From Longimicrobiales bacterium (lineage in GTDB: Bacteria; Gemmatimonadota; Gemmatimonadetes; Longimicrobiales; Gaopeijiaceae), in NCBI GenBank assembly GCA_965198065.1, contig CBDAON010000001.1, positions 1 through 40,407 on the forward strand: a stretch of 40,407 nucleotides of DNA. Direction: 5' to 3'. Shown in pieces: positions 1 through 8,657 of this stretch. How positions within the stretch are numbered: position 1 is the stretch's first letter; each line of letters starts with the position of its first letter. Made by a program: the position numbers and the translations under genes. A model generated the notes under the pieces. That model was not told the DNA's origin. It made no database searches and saw nothing but the letters and a program-made list of their open reading frames with translations.

Positions 1-713
1 ACCGGATCGTCGATGCATCGATACGGGCCACCGATCTCGCTGACAGCATCCACCAGTGCATGCTGGACGTCAGCTCGGGAGACCCGGTACCCCTCGCCAA
101 GATCGCTCCCACGTCACTGGTCTATGGGGCGTGGGACTCTCGGGACACGCAAGCCCGGCTACCACGCGCCGTTCGATCGGAAATCCGCGCCTACGATGTC
201 TCGATCTTCACGAGGTCGGCTCAGTACTCGGGGGTGTTCCGCCCGGAGAACCTCGGTCTCAACGATAAGGAGTGGGAGAAGGGTGCTGATGTCGGCTTTG
301 CTCCCGCACCCTCGGTCAATGCGCCCGGCGGCGTCCTAGTGCACGGAGAGATCATCCACTCTGCCTCCGTCTTGCTGAGTGTGTTGCGGAAATACCGGAC
401 TTCCGACGGGAGTGATGTTCTGCCGAACTATCTGCTCGGCCTTGCACTGGGGGGGCTCCTCCTCGGCGGTGGGGACTACAACCTCCGGACCGGATGCTCC
501 CTGGTGCCTGTCGCCCCGCCCGAGTGGCAAACGGTCGCCAAGAGTGGCGAGAGGCAATCGATCGAACTCACTCAGAGCACCGTACATGATGAGCTTCGTG
601 AGGTGGCGCGGCACTGGTCCGAGCTAGCCGGCGTCAACCTCGGAGGCGAACCGGAGGTTCACGAGTACGATGTATCTGCCGGCAAAGCGATGTTCACCAA
701 GAAGAAGGGGTAA
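1..713 (+). CDS. cas7u: Type I-G (I-U) CRISPR-associated Cas7 (Csb1/Cas7u), 5'-partial
   Basis: Frame is open from base 3 (RIVDASIR...). It contains APTSLVYGAWDSR and a C-terminal YNLRTGCSL, both typical of Csb1, and lies directly upstream of csb2 and a CRISPR array. Confidence 0.9.
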   Translation, partial: RIVDASIRATDLADSIHQCMLDVSSGDPVPLAKIAPTSLVYGAWDSRDTQARLPRAVRSEIRAYDVSIFTRSAQYSGVFRPENLGLNDKEWEKGADVGFAPAPSVNAPGGVLVHGEIIHSASVLLSVLRKYRTSDGSDVLPNYLLGLALGGLLLGGGDYNLRTGCSLVPVAPPEWQTVAKSGERQSIELTQSTVHDELREVARHWSELAGVNLGGEPEVHEYDVSAGKAMFTKKKG

Positions 714-718
714 AGGCG

Positions 719-2143
719 GTGCCAACGCTCCGCATAACGGTCGATTGGATCGACCGCGTCTACCACGGCGTGGAGTGGCCACCGTCGCCGCTTCGGCTCT
801 ATCAGGCGATGATCGCAGGATATTCCGTGCACCGCCGCGGCGACCGGGCCCTCGAAGCGGCCATGCGGCATCTTGAAACGCTCCCTGAGCCGACGATCTT
901 CGCGCCAGAGGCCGAGGAGCGATCACCGGTGAAGTCGGCCGTCCCGAACAATGATGGTGATCGTGCGCTTGATCTTTTCGCGAAGGGAAATCACATGGCC
1001 GCTCGCACCAGAATCAGTAAAGCGTTGACGACCCGAGTTCGATGTTCGCGCAGCTTCGATGGTGTTGTGACGTACGATTGGGACACCAGGGCTGAGACAC
1101 CACGGCACCTACCGGCGCTCGAAGCGATTGCCACGTCCGTTTCGGCTGTCGGGCAAGGTATTGACGCAGCTTTGACGCGCGTCGAGCTCATGGAGCGCGC
1201 AGGGTCGGTGACGGGAGTTCGGTATACGCCATCATCGACGGGGGGGCAGAGATTGAACGTCCCCTACTCTGGAGCATTTGATGTCCTTGATGAACGATAT
1301 CGGCAGTTCCGTAATCGAATCGGAGCTGACGGAGTCAGGGGAGTTCGGGAGCCGGCGCATCAGCAGTCGGGATACGTGTCGGAGTTGGATGTGCCGCCGG
1401 TGCGATGTGAGGCGTTCCATTTGAGGGGCGCGGATGATCGGTCGCTCGCGTTCGAAGGAACGCGGGCGATGGAGATCGCGGCCATGGTGCGACACGCAAT
1501 TGGCGATGCGGCGCGGCGCGCGGGCCTGGCGAGTGAAGTGGTCTCCGAGTTGATGGGACACCGTGGTGAGCGAAGGATACTGGTTCAGCCTTTGCCCAAC
1601 GTTGGGTACAGGCATGCTGACGGTCGCATTCGGAGGGTGATGCTCACGGCTCCAGAAAGCGTTGAAGAGGGCAACTGGCTAGACGTGCTGTCTCGGTTGA
1701 TCGGCGCCGAGTTGATTCCGGCGCACCGACGCGAGCCAATCGGCACGCTGGCGCCCGTCGCAACGGATGATCCGATGCTCGCCAGATATTGCGGGGAGGC
1801 GATGACGTGGACGACGGCCACGCCGGTCGTATTGCCCGGTCATGATCACCGAAGGGGTCGCTCGCGGCCAGAACGATCGACGCGGCGTCTACTGCGGTAC
1901 GCAGGCATTCCCGAAACCATGGTGGAAAGAGCGACGATGGAGCCTGCCGGGCGACTGCGCGGGAGTGACATGCCAACTCGGTATAGGCGACCACAGCACC
2001 TCGCTAAGTATCCGTGTCAGCACATGTCTATTCGATGGCGAAAGTCCGTAACGGGGCCTGTCGCCCTCGGCGCCGGCGTCGGGTACGGGCTCGGACTCTT
2101 CCTGCCAGTGGACGATAGACGGCAGAGCGCGAATCCCAAGTGA
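719..2143 (+). CDS. csb2: Type I-G CRISPR-associated Csb2 (Cas5/Cas6 fusion)
   Basis: N-terminal YHGVEWPPSPLRLYQA and VPNND motifs, WTTATPVVLPG, and the C-terminal Gly-rich loop GPVALGAGVGYGLGLFLP. GTG start 5 nt after the cas7u stop. Confidence 0.92.
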   Translation: MPTLRITVDWIDRVYHGVEWPPSPLRLYQAMIAGYSVHRRGDRALEAAMRHLETLPEPTIFAPEAEERSPVKSAVPNNDGDRALDLFAKGNHMAARTRISKALTTRVRCSRSFDGVVTYDWDTRAETPRHLPALEAIATSVSAVGQGIDAALTRVELMERAGSVTGVRYTPSSTGGQRLNVPYSGAFDVLDERYRQFRNRIGADGVRGVREPAHQQSGYVSELDVPPVRCEAFHLRGADDRSLAFEGTRAMEIAAMVRHAIGDAARRAGLASEVVSELMGHRGERRILVQPLPNVGYRHADGRIRRVMLTAPESVEEGNWLDVLSRLIGAELIPAHRREPIGTLAPVATDDPMLARYCGEAMTWTTATPVVLPGHDHRRGRSRPERSTRRLLRYAGIPETMVERATMEPAGRLRGSDMPTRYRRPQHLAKYPCQHMSIRWRKSVTGPVALGAGVGYGLGLFLPVDDRRQSANPK

Positions 2144-2307
2144 ACTCATAAACCCAGGGAGGTCCGCAATTCTCAGTAATGATTGTCTGGTCAACGAGTT
2201 AACGACTCCGGGGGATTAAGCAGAAGCGAAGTTGGACGATGAAATTGAGGCGGTTCGCGGGATTGAAGGCATATGTGAAGTCGCATCAAGGGCTTACGAG
2301 GCCCAGG
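2144..2307 (+). promoter_or_regulatory. CRISPR leader
   Basis: AT-richer non-coding stretch between the csb2 stop and the first repeat, at the end of the array where repeats are identical. Confidence 0.75.
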
Positions 2308-3405
2308 GGAATCCCTCGGCTATGGGCTGAGGTAGCGTTGAAGCTCGACATCCGTGAGCGTGCCGTCCGGCCTTACGAAGGAATCCCTCGGCTATGGGCT
2401 GAGGTAGCGTTGAAGCAGGAGGCGACCCATGTACTCGCGTTGCGCCAGGAGGGAATCCCTCGGCTATGGGCTGAGGTAGCGTTGAAGCTTCGCAATGGGG
2501 CCGTACATGCGCATGTCGTTTATGGAATCCCTCGGCTATGGGCTGAGGTAGCGTTGAAGCTCGTAGTAATCACTCGTGAGGTGCGGGTTGTCGCGGAATC
2601 CCTCGGCTATGGGCTGAGGTAGCGTTGAAGCAGATAGCCGTTGGTTAGCTCGCCGGTGAAGTCCGAGGAATCCCTCGGCTATGGGCTGAGGTAGCGTTGA
2701 AGCATCACCGCGAAGCCGTTCCTCCGGCCGGCGCTCGGGAATCCCTCGGCTATGGGCTGAGGTAGCGTTGAAGCCAGCCGTAGACGTCGAACGCCAGGTC
2801 GAGCACGAAGGAATCCCTCGGCTATGGGCTGAGGTAGCGTTGAAGCAAGTCGGGTCTCCCGGTGTCGTCTGGTTGTGCCGTGGAATCCCTCGGCTATGGG
2901 CTGAGGTAGCGTTGAAGCACGGAGTTCGGGGGTGAGACGGCCGGTCGGTTCAAGAATCCCTCGGCTATGGGCTGAGGTAGCGTTGAAGCGTTTCGCCGGC
3001 CTGGAGGGTGATGTGGTGCCGCGAGAATCCCTCAGCTATGGGCTGAGGTAGCGTTGAAGCATCGCCAGGGATGAAGTCTCGCAGTACTACACCCAGAATC
3101 CCTCGGCTATGAGCTAAGGTAGCGTTGAAGCTTGCCGACATACGTGTAGTCGCCTTCGCCCGCCATGAATCCCTCGGCTATGTGCCGAGGTGACGTTGAA
3201 GCGACACCGAGCGGAACAACGCGAAGAACGGGTTGCTGAATCCCTCGGCTACGTGCCGAGGTAACGTTGAAGCATGGTCATGGAGAACCTCCACGTGATC
3301 GACGGCCGGCGGAGTCCCTCGGCTGTGTGCCGAGGTGACGTTGAAGCACCGTCGCGGCGTCGAGCGCTACTCCGAACTTGAGGAATCCCTCAGCTACGTG
3401 CCAAG
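2308..3405 (+). CRISPR. CRISPR array, 16 repeats (last truncated) and 15 spacers; consensus (G)GAATCCCTCGGCTATGGGCTGAGGTAGCGTTGAAGC
   Basis: The 36-nt core repeat starts at 2309, 2381, 2453, 2525, 2596, 2668, 2739, 2811, 2883, 2954, 3025, 3096, 3167, 3238, 3312 and 3383. Unique 35-38 nt intervals separate them. Internal hairpin CCTCGGC/GCTGAGG and 3' TTGAAGC are typical of I-G. Repeats degenerate toward the distal end. Confidence 0.98.
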
Positions 3406-3696
3406 CCGCAGCCCAGGCTGCGCCGCTCCAGGGCTCTCTGAAGTAGCCGGGATCGGTGTCTCAGCTTATCGCGACTGAAGCCAGCCACAGGTTCAAGCGG
3501 TCCTCCGGGAGCAGCTCGAAGCCATCCGCTGGCGTGGCTTGGTCCGCCTCTAGTACGTCTCTGGAAATCTAGGGACATCGCCGTTTTGCCCGTTGTTGAC
3601 ACCGCAGAAGCGGGCTCGTCAATGTACGGGCATGGAGATTTTGACGGCCCAGGGTTCCAAGCGTCGGGGCGTGTCTGGCGCGCTTGAGGCGGGAGA

Positions 3697-3776
3697 GCCA
3701 GCCTACCCTGTGGGGCCACGCTTCGCGGGTCCCCGGCAGGGGCTGGCGGGGGGGCTGTGCCCCCTCTGACCCCCCC
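3697..3776 (+). other. Putative oriT-like hairpin region upstream of mobC
   Basis: Nested inverted repeat GCCAGCC-TA-CCCTG...CAGGGGCTGGC (3697-3747) followed by a G-run/C-run hairpin. CTACCCTG|T resembles the MOB-P nic consensus YATCCTG|Y. Lies just upstream of mobC. Confidence 0.45.
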
Positions 3777-3794
3777 AAACGGCAACGGCACATC

Positions 3795-4031
3795 ATGGGC
3801 GCTGGACGCGACGTGTGGCTGAAGATCCGCGCCAGCGAGGCGAAGCGTGCCGAGTGGCACGCCAAGGCGCGCTCCGCAGGGTTAACGCTGTCGGATCTGG
3901 TGCGCCGGTCGGTTGGCCGGGTGCGCACCTGGACCGTGGCGCACGCCGAGGTGGAGCGAGAGCGCACCCGCGAGCTGGCGCGGATCGGGGCGAACCTGAA
4001 CCAGATCGCCCGCTGGACCAACACGTACTAG
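3795..4031 (+). pseudogene. mobC: Relaxosome accessory protein MobC (ribbon-helix-helix), C-terminally truncated; no relaxase follows
   Basis: VWLKIRASEAKRAEWHAKARSAGLTLSDLVRR (RHH) and the MobC motif RELARIGANLNQIARW. The ORF stops abruptly at NTY*. Confidence 0.8.
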
Positions 4032-4280
4032 ATCCGCCCTTCCCATCCGGCTGCCTCCTGGGCGTCTAGCCAGTCCGCCAGGGTTAGGGTCGGCCTCATC
4101 GGTCTCCCTCCAACGGTGAACCGATCCGGGCCAGGTCCAGGAGTCCGGTTGCCTCCAGTCCAGGTCCACCGCCTCCGGATCCTTGAGCTCGACCGCCTCC
4201 CGGTCCTCGAGGAGCTCCACCGCGAGGAAAGCCAGCTCTCGGAGCTCCTGATTCGCGGCCGCGGCCGCGAACTCGTTCAC
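3882..4280 (-). CDS. Hypothetical protein (mobile-element-like); the 3' part overlaps mobC antisense and is probably a junction artefact
   Basis: GTG start overlaps the stop of the upstream ORF (GTGA coupling at 4277-4280). Acidic helical N-terminus. Confidence 0.3.
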   Translation of the reverse strand: MNEFAAAAANQELRELAFLAVELLEDREAVELKDPEAVDLDWRQPDSWTWPGSVHRWRETDEADPNPGGLARRPGGSRMGRADLVRVGPAGDLVQVRPDPRQLAGALSLHLGVRHGPGAHPANRPAHQIRQR

Positions 4281-4600
4281 GACGCCATCTCGTCCGCCAG
4301 CGCCCGCAGCTCGTCCGCCAGCGCCCGTGAACGCGCCCGTAACACGCCTCCAACCGCCGCCTTCAGGCGTTTCAGGGTCGGGCAGTCCATCGGGGCCTCC
4401 GGGAAAAGCTCTCGGGTCTCTTCAAGGGGCGTGAACCGGAACTTGAGCCTAAGACCCCCATAGGGCCCGTGGGAATGGACCTTTTCGGCATTCCCGATCT
4501 GGCGGCCGAAACTGCTACCGATCTGGATTGTGTACTTATCCGGTGCGCGCGTCGCCGGCCGGGGGACGACGTAGCTGTGGTGGACCGTCGGCCATTTTGC
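4277..4600 (-). CDS. Hypothetical protein or fragment, start uncertain
   Basis: Open frame ending in the coiled-coil ALADELRALADEMAS (21-bp tandem duplication at ~4291-4327); coupled to the next ORF. Confidence 0.25.
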   Translation of the reverse strand, partial: AKWPTVHHSYVVPRPATRAPDKYTIQIGSSFGRQIGNAEKVHSHGPYGGLRLKFRFTPLEETRELFPEAPMDCPTLKRLKAAVGGVLRARSRALADELRALADEMAS

Positions 4601-4650
4601 GAAGTCCAGGAGTAGCTCCAACCCAGGGAATCCATCCTCTGTCCGCCAGC

Positions 4651-5610
4651 TCACCGTTTGCAGTCCTCGTAATCCGAGGCCATGCACGCACGGGCTAGCT
4701 CGACAGCGCGGCTGATCTCATCGGAGGTCATGTCACGCTCAAGTGCAGCCAGAGCCTCCCGTCCCTCTTCGTTTCCATTTGTTATGGCGATGTTAAGCCA
4801 CATGTGCGCGAGCTCACTCTCGTCCACAGCCCCAAGCAATCGTTGGAATGGACTAGGCATAACGCGGTCAATCCTGAGGAAGTACATGCGCCCGAGATTC
4901 AACTGTGCTACGGCCAGGCCCTGCTCGGCGGCCATCTGGAACCAGCGTTCGCCCTCGGATGGATCCCTCAGGACGCCCAGGCCCTCCGCGTAGGCGAGCC
5001 CGAGGTTGTTCTGCGCGGAGGCGTTGCCCTGCTCGGCAGCCAAGCGGTACCAGCGCACAGCCTCGGCGTCGTTCTCCGGGACGCCCTCCCCGTCGGCGTA
5101 CATGCGACCGAGTTCGAGCTGCCCTTCGGGGTTGCCACGTTCGGCGGCCATTCGGAACCAACGCGTCGCTTCGGCGAGGTCATGAGGTACGCCTTCCCCG
5201 TCCCGGTATGCAGTCCCGAGGCTATGCTGCGCGTCGGCGTGGTCCTGATCGGCGGCCAAGCGGTACCAGCGCACTGCCTCGGCGTCGTCCGCCGGGACGC
5301 CAATACCGATGGCGTAAACGAGCCCGAGGGTGTACTGCGCCCTGGCGTAGCCCTGTTCGGCAGACATCCGGAGCCAGCGCACCGACTCGGCAAGGTCCTG
5401 GGGGGCGCCCAACCCGAGGAGGTACACACGACTGAGTTCGAACTGCGCTTCGGGGTCGCTCCGCTCGGCAGACTGGCGGACTGCTTCGAGTGAGTCCGGC
5501 GCCAAGGGCTCTGGAGGCCTCGCTGCCTCGTCTCCCTGCGACGGCCCCCCGCTCGTGGCACAGCCTGACAGCAGTACCGCAAGGACGACTACTATCCACG
5601 GCCGGGCCAT
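4651..5610 (-). CDS. SEL1-like repeat (TPR superfamily) lipoprotein
   Basis: Lipobox LLSGC after a hydrophobic signal, about 6 SEL1 repeats (AQxxLGxxYxxGxGVPxDxAEAVRWYRLAAEQG), and a typical AHMWLNIA...G C-terminus. Confidence 0.92.
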   Translation of the reverse strand: MARPWIVVVLAVLLSGCATSGGPSQGDEAARPPEPLAPDSLEAVRQSAERSDPEAQFELSRVYLLGLGAPQDLAESVRWLRMSAEQGYARAQYTLGLVYAIGIGVPADDAEAVRWYRLAADQDHADAQHSLGTAYRDGEGVPHDLAEATRWFRMAAERGNPEGQLELGRMYADGEGVPENDAEAVRWYRLAAEQGNASAQNNLGLAYAEGLGVLRDPSEGERWFQMAAEQGLAVAQLNLGRMYFLRIDRVMPSPFQRLLGAVDESELAHMWLNIAITNGNEEGREALAALERDMTSDEISRAVELARACMASDYEDCKR

Positions 5611-6033
5611 TCGTCTACCCTCTTCGTTGGTGCGGCGCACTGCTACCAACCGTGCTTTCGCCTGAAGACCAATGGCTGGTGGCAATCCCTTCCGCGAGCT
5701 GAGCTGCGGCTTCAGGGTCAACTCATAACACGTAGCACGAGAGCCTGCCAGGAAGACGCGGACTACAGCCTACTTGGCTGAGATCACCGGTAGGCGCGGG
5801 TGGCCAGGTACTGTCCCCGGCGGGCCGCCGGGGACGAGGGCCCTCGGGACTGCCGTCACTGCAGGTTGGAGCCTCAACGTGCCGGACGTCTCGGCGGCCT
5901 CTTCCTCAGCGACAAGGAGGACGGAGAGATGTTAACGAGCGAGAACAAAGAGGTCTTGACGGTGGAATGAGCAACGGAAAACAACATGTCGAGAAGCCAT
6001 CTGCTATTTTGCGCAAGAAAGACCTTTCCGCTC

Positions 6034-7467
6034 GAGTGAGTCCCATCTTTAGTTGAAATTGAAGCGGCCTCCAACCTCAGGTAACGTGGGTGTGCGACCA
6101 CACCACGGGATCACAAGAGAGGAAGGAGGCCACCGATGGGAAGGATGCCAAGGCTCGTCGAGCGGGGGCAAGAAGGACCGGCGGCTCGGGGAACCGAGGG
6201 AGGTGAGTTGGGAGGAGATCGAGGCGCTGGAGCTGGACCCTCGGGTGGAGCTGATCCGGCAGCTGATTCCGCTGGGACTGGCGGAGGTGGGCCGGATGCT
6301 CGAGGAGGAAGTGGAGCAACTGGCGGGGCAACGTCACGCCAGGAAGACCGAGGACGATCGACATTGCCGGCATGGGCATAACCCAGGGTCGGTGCGGTTG
6401 GGCGGCCAGCGGCATCCGGTGCGAGTACCGCGGGTGCGAGGCCCGGCCGGAGAGTCGAGGCTGGCGGCGTATGAGCAGCTGCATGGCTCGCCCGGCGAGA
6501 TGGACGAGGGGCTGTTTCGGAAGGTGCTGCTCGGGATCTCGTGCCGGGACTACGAGGCAGCGGTCGAGGCGGTGCCTGGAGCCATCGGGCTGTCGAAGTC
6601 GACGGTCTCGCGGGAGTTCAAGAAGGCCACGGCCGCGAAGCTGAAGGAGTTTCAGGAGCGGGACCTCTCGGGTTACGACGTGGGGTGGCACTCGTCCTGG
6701 ACGGCAAGAGCTTTGCCGAGGACGAGATGGTCGTCGCGCTCGGGGTGACGACCAAGGGGGACAAGGTCTTCCTCGGGTTCGTCCAGACCGACACGGAGAA
6801 CGCCGTGGTGATCCGATCCTTCCTTCGGAGTCTGAAGGACCGAGGTCTCGACCTGTCGGCCGGAGCGCTCGTGGTGATCGATGGAGCCCGCGGTCTCCGG
6901 AGCGGCGTCCTGGCGGTCTTCAAGGGACAGGTGCTCATCCAGCGGTGCCAGTGGCACAAGCGGAAGAACGTGATCTCGTATCTGCCGAGAGCGGAGCAGA
7001 AGGGCTGGCGCCAGCGTCTGCAGCGCGCCTACCAGCGGCCCACGTACGAAGAGGCCGTCAAGGACCTCAAGGCCCTGCGCCAGGAGCTCGCGGGGGTGAA
7101 CCAGTCCGCGGCGGCCAGTCTCGATGAGGGGTTCGAGGAGACCCTCACCCTCCACCGGTTGGGAGTCTTCCCCCTGGTCGGCCAGTCGCTCAAGACCACC
7201 AACGTGCTCGAGTCCGTGAACGCCCTGGCCGAGCAGAGGTGCGGACGCGTGGACCACTGGAAGAACTCGAGCCAGAAGCACCGATGGCTCGCGACCACGC
7301 TCCTGGAGATCTAGTCACGGCTCCGGAGGTTGCTCGGGTACCGACACCTCCCGCTCCTCAGGGCCGCGATCCAGAAGGACCTCGGGATCACCCTTCCCGA
7401 GAGCCGTTCACATGCTGTCGCCTGAGACGGAGGCCGCTCCAGTTTCAACTAACTTTGGGATTGACTC
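6034..7467 (+). mobile_element. IS256-family insertion sequence
   Basis: Imperfect ~47-bp terminal IRs (GAGTGAGTCCCATCTTTAGTTGAAATTGAAGCGGCCTCC... and ...GGAGGCCGCTCCAGTTTCAACTAACTTTGGGATTGACTC). Flanked by the 8-bp direct repeat TTCCGCTC at 6026-6033 and 7468-7475. Confidence 0.93.
6136..7425 (+). pseudogene. IS256-family (mutator) DDE transposase, disrupted
   Basis: Motifs GLSKSTVSR, LVLDGK, VVIDGARGL, IQRCQWHK, TTNVLES. Apparent frameshifts in G runs at ~6164-6168 and ~6682-6685, and an in-frame TAG at 7312-7314 with the frame continuing to TGA at 7423-7425. Confidence 0.88.
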
Positions 7468-7483
7468 TTCCGCTCTGAGCCAG

Positions 7484-7930
7484 TTACGCATTCCTTCTGC
7501 GCTGCGGCCGCTTCCAGACGTCGAGCCTGACTCGCAAGTCCTCAAGTTCATCGGTGTCGATAAGGTTGAAACGGCCGTTCCAGTGTTTCCCAATAAAGGT
7601 GAGGTACCTGGAGGCATATATGAGGAGATAGGGCATCTTACGATGGTCATGCATCGGGACGGGGGACACTGAGTACCGGAGCGCCTGCTCCTCGTAAGAA
7701 CCGTGGGCAATCGCAGACAAGAAAGCGTAGTCTGATCGATAAAGGTCTTCGAATCCGCAGTCTCGGAACATATCAAACCATTTTGGACTCCACCCCTTTT
7801 GCTTGGAGGGAACGAAGCGACCGTACGACCGTGCCACAGATGACCATTCCTCACGAATACCTTCAGGCGTATGCCTTGGCTTTCTTCGGCAGGCTGCGCC
7901 AGAGGTATGCTAGGTACATTGGATGCGGGT
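7484..7930 (-). pseudogene. DUF5677-like protein remnant (low-GC cargo)
   Basis: W..KWFDMFRDCGFEDLYRSDYAFLSAIAHG resembles the DUF5677 C-terminal pattern. The upstream part is broken by a stop/frameshift. GC is visibly lower than the flanks. Confidence 0.45.
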
Positions 7931-8102
7931 GCGATTATGGGGCAACTCTGGGGGCACAATACAGATACTCCGAGCAGATGAGCTTTTAGCCACAATGACT
8001 TACGGTCTCTTTATATAGGCGAGATCGCCCGACGTCCCAGATCGGCGAGCCCGGCGGCGCGTGCGACGGCGTAGAGGGCGGCCAAGACGGCGGCCAGCGC
8101 CA

Positions 8103-8420
8103 ATGCCAGGTGCAAGGATCGAAGTCGTCGCTGTGGCCCGGACCTGGCAGGAGCGGAGCCGGGCGGAGACGGTGCTCGCCAACTGGGCGCGAGATCCCCA
8201 CCCCTCCGAATTCGACCACGAAATCGGCCGCGAGATCGTCCGAATCGAGCAAGCCATCCGCGACGAGGATGACCGGGTGCTCAAAGAGTATGGCGACCTG
8301 CAGGCCTGCCTCAAGCGGATCGTCGAGCTGAAGGACCTCCACCGATCCTCGAGTCCCGGAACGATGATCCACGGCTTCGCGACATGGCGCTCGAGACGGC
8401 TCCCTGGAGGCGGATTTTGA
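8103..8420 (+). CDS. Hypothetical protein
   Basis: ATG at 8103, GC3-rich codons, helical protein-like composition; no recognisable motif. Confidence 0.4.
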   Translation: MPGARIEVVAVARTWQERSRAETVLANWARDPHPSEFDHEIGREIVRIEQAIRDEDDRVLKEYGDLQACLKRIVELKDLHRSSSPGTMIHGFATWRSRRLPGGGF

Positions 8421-8622
8421 ACGCGGATCGGCGAGCGTCGGTGCTGATCGGCGAGTGCACATCAGACAACGGGGTGCATGTGCACCGAAACGCCATTTTC
8501 ATGTGCGCGCCAGCGCTCCCTTATGTGGCTGCCTGTCTTACAGTTGCGGCACGGCCGCCGGAGCTGCGACGCCGCGCCGGAGCTTTCGGCCGAAGAAGGG
8601 AGCGACCCCCATAAGCGCTAAC

Positions 8623-8651
8623 TTGTTTGCATTGCCATGGTGTTGTATAGT
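8623..8651 (+). promoter_or_regulatory. Probable sigma70 promoter of the IS4 transposase (leaderless transcript)
   Basis: TTGTTT (8623-8628), 17 nt, TATAGT (8646-8651), then 6 nt to ATG 8658. Confidence 0.5.
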
Positions 8652-8657
8652 GAGGGC

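Noticed and set aside
2239..2622. 127-aa ORF with repeated GIPRLWAEVALK
   Set aside because: It is the translation of CRISPR repeats with a 72-nt period, not a protein.
3132..3166. Possible self-targeting: the reverse complement of spacer 12 shares GAAGGCGACTAC with ~16390-16401
   Set aside because: Only 12 nt match, which is compatible with chance. I noticed no full-length spacer match in the window by eye, though the check was not exhaustive.
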